DNA from: an uncultured Bacilli bacterium
GTDB lineage: Bacteria > Bacillota_I > Bacilli_A > RF39 > UBA660
Assembly (NCBI GenBank): GCA_947586205.1
Contig: CANPXO010000001.1
Coordinates: 4,164 to 68,163 of the forward strand
Reading direction: 5' to 3'
Length of the DNA: 64,000 bases
In this document: in pieces, positions 58,801-64,000 of the stretch
Position numbering within the stretch: position 1 is the stretch's first letter
How the letters are laid out: each line of letters starts with the position of its first letter
Notes under the pieces: generated by a model
What the model saw: only the letters and a program-made list of their open reading frames with translations
Databases searched by the model: none
Told to the model about the DNA's origin: nothing
Position numbers and translations under genes: made by a program

Positions 58801-60418
58801 TTTCAATCACCGAATCACTTTGACTATCAAAGGTAACCTGATGTTCATTACGTTTAATTTTTGCTTCTAAAGATTGATGCTCTGAAGCAGTCATCGTATA
58901 AGTAAATGAACTATCCTTTGTTCCATTCGACCATTCTTCTAAATGGAACCCTTTTTCTAAATCAATACTAATGTTTACAGTTTCACCATAATAATAATTT
59001 GTAGTTTTAGATATTTGTTTTACTCCTTCTAAATCATCCTTATCAACTGTATTTATATAAGAAATTTTAAGTTCATATTTTTTTCTTTCATAACGATACT
59101 CTACAACAGTTGTTCCATCACCTTTGATAGAAGTAGTTATTTTATCAGGAGATTTAAAACCATCATATGAATACGTTTCAGGTATTATAACGGAATCTGT
59201 TGTTCCAGTAAATTCTTCTGTATCTTTCAAAGTATAATGTATGCCATCTAAATCCATAAGATAATGCTTTACAACATAAGGAGTATTTTCATTTGCTTTA
59301 AAAATAGCAGTAAGTTTTAAGTCACCATAAGTTCCTTTTTTAATAATACCGTCAAAATCTTTTTCGTTTACTTTCCATCCAACAAAAGTATATCCCGCTT
59401 TTGTTGGAGAAGATACTTTATAATCTTCATCTAGAATTGTATAACTTTCTTTTTTATCTTTTAATTCTCCACCATTTAAATCATAGTGAATTGTATATCT
59501 ATCTAAGATTGTACTAACTTTTAATGTTTCAGATTGATCATTTACTGTATATATAAAATCTGTAGTTTTCTTACCATTTGACCAACCATTAAAAGTATAT
59601 CCATTCTTTATTTTCACACTTATATGGATTTCGCTACCATAATAGTATTCACCTGTTCCATTAATAGAGTCGATTCCTTGATCGCCTTCAATATTAACAT
59701 GATATTTATTTCTTTCATAATAATATTTTACAAGACTCGTACCGTCAGCATTTACTGTAATGCTTTCTTTTTTTGGAGATGTAAATCCTTTCATCGTTTT
59801 TGGGTTAGGACTTACAATACTATTAATCTTGCCATTAAAAGTTTCAGAATCATACTTCGTATAAGTTCCATCTAAATTCATTAGATAATGTTCCACTTTA
59901 TAAGTAGCCGTTGTTTTTTTTGTCCATTTTGCTTGAATCACCATATCTTCCGTAATTTTTGTATTAAAGTCATATTTTGTATCATTGACATACCATCCAT
60001 CAAAGGTATATCCCTTTTTACTAGGAATACTTGGCTCTTCAACAACTTCATAATAATTCACTTTTTTTGTTACATTTTCTTCTTCATTATCAAGATTAAA
60101 TGTAACTGTATAGCTATTGATAGTAAAATGTGCTTCTAAAACCATATTAGATTCGATTTTAGTGTTTGCATCAAATTTCTTTTCATTGATATACCAACCA
60201 TCAAAAGTATATCCTTCTTTTGTTGGATTATCTGGTAATTCAATTGTACTTTTATCACTCACTTTATTTAATTCTTGATATACATTATCATTTACATAAA
60301 ATGTTACCGTATATGTTTTCTTTTGAAACATGATAAAAACAATAACTAAAATAATAGCTATCAGAACGATAAAACATAATAGTAATTGATACTTTTTATT
60401 TTCTAACTTTTCTTTCAT
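55865..60418 (-). CDS. Giant (1517 aa) N-terminally anchored surface protein with Flg_new repeats and a distinct C-terminal domain
   Basis: A TM anchor and repeated EGYTFDGWY modules. The C-terminal ~300 aa are unrelated to the repeats. Confidence 0.6.
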   Translation of the reverse strand: MKEKLENKKYQLLLCFIVLIAIILVIVFIMFQKKTYTVTFYVNDNVYQELNKVSDKSTIELPDNPTKEGYTFDGWYINEKKFDANTKIESNMVLEAHFTINSYTVTFNLDNEEENVTKKVNYYEVVEEPSIPSKKGYTFDGWYVNDTKYDFNTKITEDMVIQAKWTKKTTATYKVEHYLMNLDGTYTKYDSETFNGKINSIVSPNPKTMKGFTSPKKESITVNADGTSLVKYYYERNKYHVNIEGDQGIDSINGTGEYYYGSEIHISVKIKNGYTFNGWSNGKKTTDFIYTVNDQSETLKVSTILDRYTIHYDLNGGELKDKKESYTILDEDYKVSSPTKAGYTFVGWKVNEKDFDGIIKKGTYGDLKLTAIFKANENTPYVVKHYLMDLDGIHYTLKDTEEFTGTTDSVIIPETYSYDGFKSPDKITTSIKGDGTTVVEYRYERKKYELKISYINTVDKDDLEGVKQISKTTNYYYGETVNISIDLEKGFHLEEWSNGTKDSSFTYTMTASEHQSLEAKIKRNEHQVTFDSQSDSVIEKQKEYYGKTISKPEDPVKDGYDFLGWYKKDTEEQWNFEKDVMPDEDVSLYAKWEIHKDTVIFDANGGVFKDGKAEKAILNQEVGSHIKELEEQPTREGYKFDGWYKEDLSEAWNFDSDTMPDYAITIKAHWTPITYKIHFDGNTPTTGSMDDITCTYDEPCKLTSNAFKKEYNVTYENENTTQVVKYNFKNWTYNSETFEDGDEVRNLTAVENQVVTLKVEWIVDKNTTTLKEVTKTGYHFVGWYDNDNLVTSLDNISKDLTLKARWEANHYHIKYDSNKGLGSSEPTGMVENTECIYDEEKELTKQAYQRDGYTFLGWSLHKHEESVENCTDCITKANNLTDANNGEVTLYAVWKANQYTIKYNGNGNTNREANMSSTSCTYDQECKLENNIFERKYTITYDKNDETNIQEQQTVSYNFENWIYNNNKYSNESNVTNLTSEKDGTVTLDAEWKIDETTTTLKSVERTGYDFAGWYKDDQTRIENLNDVNENLTLKAHWTPITYTIIFDGNGGNHNGNSQEKVTATYDVETKAMGEFVKSFELTYNYDNGENQKKETGNATFTGWQLDGETYQVDQDLGNLTSEKGKEITLVAQWTDPTVKIEEQEPTKKATEDYYTYDFKDFTDGNSNYSLGGSITLTKDTTLTAEYLKIIDSNKYIKEKLITEGRKDLKPTEVKDNSYSIDILDVTNALVNENDVKRLSTILQSNDVKNIEISLEDSPSSLLRTIASNSITLSKEDNIKEKIATFLNSITSKNTVEEKHLGSLWKKKLMIIVNFDEEYAKEKNGTTVATYHVEYTLTKNTEKVVTQATLDAIADSGITEINKSVNKPYKAKRIGNTVYATYKKEIEEEAVGSTILTGGTGLNNCMNAFFNHPEVLQAIISVYSDEENSKNYFVEALGTVDKQMIDGGMGALLPFAVSMLEALGLGDIGLFNVKNGTTIDRPMYMRIDLGEGYVYEDGVNNIYHVEVVRPEEFESKQ

Positions 60419-60509
60419 ATCCCCCTAAACCTCTACTTCCTTCTTTCATTTAAATAAATATAGGCAAAACGCTTTCCAGAACAAATAGGAAAGCGTTTAA
60501 CCATGCTTT

Positions 60510-62714
60510 TTATTCTGCTGTTTCTTCAACAAATGTTAATATATATTCTATAGTTTCTGTTACATGACCAATTTTGTAAGTTACTTTTGCTTTTGCTTCT
60601 TTACCTGCAACACTTTTATATGTTAAATCTTTAGCTTGTTGTGATGAGCCATTTTGAGACATAGCTAGAAGAATCTCTGCTGCTAAAGCTTTAGTTGTCA
60701 TTTCAGCACTTGTTTCTCCAGTTGATTTAATTTTAACTTCTCCCTCTTCAACTGTTACTGTATATTTCTTTGTTACGTCTCCAACAGTCCATTCAAATTC
60801 ACTAGCACCAACGATAAATTGTTCAAACATTTCGATGATGTCTTCTTTACCTGCATAATCAGTTAACTTCTTACTTTCATTTTCATTAGTAAATGTATAA
60901 GTTAAAGTTTTGTTTGCATATGTAACACTTTTGAAATCTCCTAATTTTCCTTGTTCATTTAATCCTTCAGCATATCCTGTTAAAGTCTCATCTGTATCTT
61001 TTTCAAGATCATAATCAAATTTCAAATTATATGTAAGTTCTTTATCGCCAAATGTAAATGTTGCAACTGCTGATGTTCCAGCTACATCACCATTTTTTAA
61101 TGCAATGGCTGTTTGAGCAAGCTTAGCATCACCGCATTCATCTTCAGTTTTACCAGCCATACGGCAAAGTAATCTAGCTGCCAATTTCATAACGTCCAAA
61201 TCACCGCTTAAGGTTTCAGTATATTCAGTTTCAATGTCATTTACTTTATATTTTACAGAAGTTGCTCCATCAGACCATTTTTGGAATAATTGAACAATAC
61301 CTGTTGTTGCAAAATCTTTTAATGAAATATCGAAACCAGAATTTGTAAATACAACAGTATTGCTAGTAGAATCATAAGTAATATCACTGAATCCTTTTCC
61401 AGTTATTTTATCTTTTAAAACCTCTGAATAAGTATCAAGCAAATAATCTTTTGCTTCTTCTACATTATAATTAAATTTTAATGTATAAGTGACTTCCGTA
61501 CCATCTGCATAAGTAACTGTTGCTGTAGCACTCTTGTTTGCGACAGATCCTACTGTTAAATCACTATCACCACCAGCTAATGCGATTAACACTTCAGCAG
61601 CAAATTTCTTGATTTGTGCATCTTCTTCATTACCTTTTAAATCAAATTCTTCAGAACTTGTACCAGCTGTCCATTCTATATGAGTAGCTCCTGAATAATT
61701 TTTCTTAAATAGGTCTATAATACCACTATCTGCAAATGCACTTAATTGTGCTTTAGTATCATAGATATCAAATGTTAATGTATGATTTGATGAATCATAA
61801 GTAACTTCACTAAATCCATATTTTGGATTTTCACTTTTTACATCTTGCTGAATCTTGTCGTTTAATGTTTCAGAAGCACTTGTTAAAACTTTATCCTTTT
61901 CTTCTTCAAAGTCATAAACAAAACTTAAAGTATAAGTTACGTGATATTCAACACCATCTGCATCTTTGTAAACAACTTCAGCATCAGCACTCTTATTTGC
62001 TACAGATGCATAATTTAAAGTTTTTAATCCTTCAGTACCTGCCATTTTATTTAAAACCTTTACAGCAAGTTCTGTTATTTTAGCTTCTTCATTATTTTTA
62101 AATTCATCTGCTTTCACTGTTTCATTATTAAAAGTCACACTTTGAAAACCATACTTTTCATCAAGCATTGATTTTATCAAACTCATAACTTGATTTTTAT
62201 AATCAGCTAATCCTTTTCCAGGATCACTAATATAGAATGTTGCTGTATTATTTTCATAAGTAATTTTTTCAAATCCATGTTCTTTTGCACCTGTATTTAA
62301 TTGTGAAATCGCACTATTAATTGCAGGTTCAACATCTTCAAAAACTAAATCGTTATATTCAATGTTATTTAATCCAGCTGCAAATATTTTTGAATCTTTA
62401 AACACCTCTTCTACAGTTCCGAGAGGTTTAGTAGCTGAGCTACCTTTTTGATCAAATTCATACACTGTTCCACCAACGATGTAGTAAACATATGCTGGAC
62501 GTTCACCGGTTACTTGAGTGTATTTACTTGCTGCATCTGATACATCTAAACCGTTAATTTCATATTTATTTAATTGGAATACCCAATTTCCTACAATGTA
62601 AATATTGTTATATTCAGAAGTATTGCCTTTTAGACTCATCTCTTTAGCACTAGTATTAACAGTTCCAATAGAAAATAGTCCAACACAAGCAGCAGCTAAT
62701 AACCATTTTTTCAT
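60510..62714 (-). CDS. Secreted protein (734 aa) built from four repeated ~150-aa modules
   Basis: Signal peptide MKKWLLAAACVGLFSIGTVNTSA, with recurring ..GFS.VTYD....T..F.. and ..VANKSA.A.VTY.DG.E..YTL.F.Y modules. Confidence 0.5.
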   Translation of the reverse strand: MKKWLLAAACVGLFSIGTVNTSAKEMSLKGNTSEYNNIYIVGNWVFQLNKYEINGLDVSDAASKYTQVTGERPAYVYYIVGGTVYEFDQKGSSATKPLGTVEEVFKDSKIFAAGLNNIEYNDLVFEDVEPAINSAISQLNTGAKEHGFEKITYENNTATFYISDPGKGLADYKNQVMSLIKSMLDEKYGFQSVTFNNETVKADEFKNNEEAKITELAVKVLNKMAGTEGLKTLNYASVANKSADAEVVYKDADGVEYHVTYTLSFVYDFEEEKDKVLTSASETLNDKIQQDVKSENPKYGFSEVTYDSSNHTLTFDIYDTKAQLSAFADSGIIDLFKKNYSGATHIEWTAGTSSEEFDLKGNEEDAQIKKFAAEVLIALAGGDSDLTVGSVANKSATATVTYADGTEVTYTLKFNYNVEEAKDYLLDTYSEVLKDKITGKGFSDITYDSTSNTVVFTNSGFDISLKDFATTGIVQLFQKWSDGATSVKYKVNDIETEYTETLSGDLDVMKLAARLLCRMAGKTEDECGDAKLAQTAIALKNGDVAGTSAVATFTFGDKELTYNLKFDYDLEKDTDETLTGYAEGLNEQGKLGDFKSVTYANKTLTYTFTNENESKKLTDYAGKEDIIEMFEQFIVGASEFEWTVGDVTKKYTVTVEEGEVKIKSTGETSAEMTTKALAAEILLAMSQNGSSQQAKDLTYKSVAGKEAKAKVTYKIGHVTETIEYILTFVEETAE

Positions 62715-62739
62715 TTTATTTCTTTCCTTTCTCTAATAT

Positions 62740-64000
62740 TTATTGTGCAGACTTTACTGCATACGTTGTATTTGGATCACTGTTGAATAGCATATTATAA
62801 ATATGTCCTTGTTGATGTCTACCATATTGAACACCAACTCCATTAACGTAGTCTAATCTTCCATCATCTGTAAAATAATAATCAGTTGCATTAGGATTTA
62901 CATTAATGATTGTGACAATTCCCTTTGTTGTCGTATAAGTATAAGTTGATGCTGGGATTGTATGTGTAACATCTTTTGTTTCTTTTAAACTTCCACAAGT
63001 AATTGTATAAGTAACTTTTACAGTCGTCGCACTTACTGGACGATAAACTTTGGTAGCTACTCCACTAACTAATGTAGTTTTATTATCACTAGTATTTGCA
63101 TTATTAGCAACAATTGTACATCCGGTAGCAGTGTAATTAACATTGTCATTAGCTTTTTGAATTGTTTTTGGATTCATTAAAGCTTTTGCTTTTTCCATGT
63201 TAATTTCATCTTGTGATTTTACAATCACTGAAATTGTTGCAGTTTTACCATTTTTTGATTTTACTGTAATTGTTATTGTTTTACCATTACTTGATTTTAA
63301 AGCTTTGATATTCCCTTGTTGGTCTACAGATACAACACTTGAATCACTTGATTCCCATGTAAGTGTTTTATCAGTTGCATTTGCTGGTTCTACAGTAGCT
63401 TCTGCTTTTTTACTCTCTCCAACAGTCATATTTAATGATGTAGGACTCACAGTTACTTTAGATACTTCAATAGGTTTTACAGTGACTTCTACAGATGCAC
63501 TTTTTCCACCAGCAGTTGCTGTTACTTTAGCACTTCCTATACCTACAGCTTTAATATTTCCATTTTTATCTACTGTAACAACACTTGGATTACTTGATGT
63601 CCATGTTACAGTCTTATCTGTAGCATTTGAAGGATTAACAGTAGCATTCACTTTTGCACTACTACCAATAGTTAAATCTAATTTTGCTTTATCTAATGTA
63701 ACACTTGTAACGTCCACTCTAGGTGGATTTGTAATTGTAATTGTAACAGTTGCTGTAAATTCACCATCGGCAGTTTTTACAGTAATCGTAACTGTTCCAG
63801 CTTTCTTCGCTGTAACAACACCTCTACTATTTACACTTGCAACACTTGTATTACTGCTAGACCAAATAAGTCCTTTATTTGATGCATTTGTAGGATTTAT
63901 AGTAACATAATTTGCTAATCTCAATGTACTTCCTGTATACATAGATAATGTTTTTTTGCTAAATTGAACTCCTGTTACAGCAATTTTTTCTTCACTTACT
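62740..64000 (-). CDS. Big_2-domain surface protein, partial (its 5' end lies beyond the window)
   Basis: The reading frame stays open upstream of the track's ATG right to the window edge (..VSEEKIAVTGVQFSKKTLSMYTGS..). It has three Big_2 repeats plus a C-terminal domain. Confidence 0.55.
   Translation of the reverse strand, partial: VSEEKIAVTGVQFSKKTLSMYTGSTLRLANYVTINPTNASNKGLIWSSSNTSVASVNSRGVVTAKKAGTVTITVKTADGEFTATVTITITNPPRVDVTSVTLDKAKLDLTIGSSAKVNATVNPSNATDKTVTWTSSNPSVVTVDKNGNIKAVGIGSAKVTATAGGKSASVEVTVKPIEVSKVTVSPTSLNMTVGESKKAEATVEPANATDKTLTWESSDSSVVSVDQQGNIKALKSSNGKTITITVKSKNGKTATISVIVKSQDEINMEKAKALMNPKTIQKANDNVNYTATGCTIVANNANTSDNKTTLVSGVATKVYRPVSATTVKVTYTITCGSLKETKDVTHTIPASTYTYTTTKGIVTIINVNPNATDYYFTDDGRLDYVNGVGVQYGRHQQGHIYNMLFNSDPNTTYAVKSAQ

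Overview
This is a 64-kb window from a very AT-rich, low-GC Firmicute genome, with almost all genes on the minus strand. Sporulation genes are concentrated here (dacB-spmA-spmB, cotJA/JB-cotJC, a CotY/CotZ-family coat protein, a SEDS FtsW/RodA/SpoVE-type protein, and a small Gly/Pro/Tyr-rich protein). Other content includes dnaB-dnaI, two P-type ATPases, an MBOAT/DltD-like pair, two tandem paralogous EAK-rich charged-helix secreted proteins, recX, a redox gene pair, two Rpn (YhgA-like) nuclease genes, and a ytxG/ytxH-like pair. A >20-kb island (43.8-64 kb) of giant N-terminally anchored surface proteins carrying Listeria-Bacteroides (Flg_new) repeats and Big_2 domains fills the 3' third. The most unusual feature is two inverted arrays (2.46-3.37 kb and 14.40-15.14 kb) of a ~370-bp tandem unit flanking an 11-kb segment. 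Each unit has a strong sigma-A-type promoter, a leader whose anti-SD pairs with a strong SD, a 31-33-codon ORF for a hydrophobic KK-terminated peptide (BsrG/TxpA/Fst-like), an intrinsic terminator, and a convergent extended -10 promoter that would drive a ~115-nt antisense RNA over the toxin mRNA 3' end. I read these as uncharacterised multicopy type I toxin-antitoxin-like modules. Other points of interest are an 18-unit 20-bp tandem repeat with a 10-bp TGNNCA periodicity, a 183-bp direct repeat that duplicates the 3' end and terminator of the CotZ-like gene, an in-frame cotJA-cotJB fusion, and an orphan membrane-anchored PTS EIIB domain. No rRNA, tRNA or CRISPR array was seen. The ORF track counts GTG/TTG as starts, so several starts were adjusted from RBS context.
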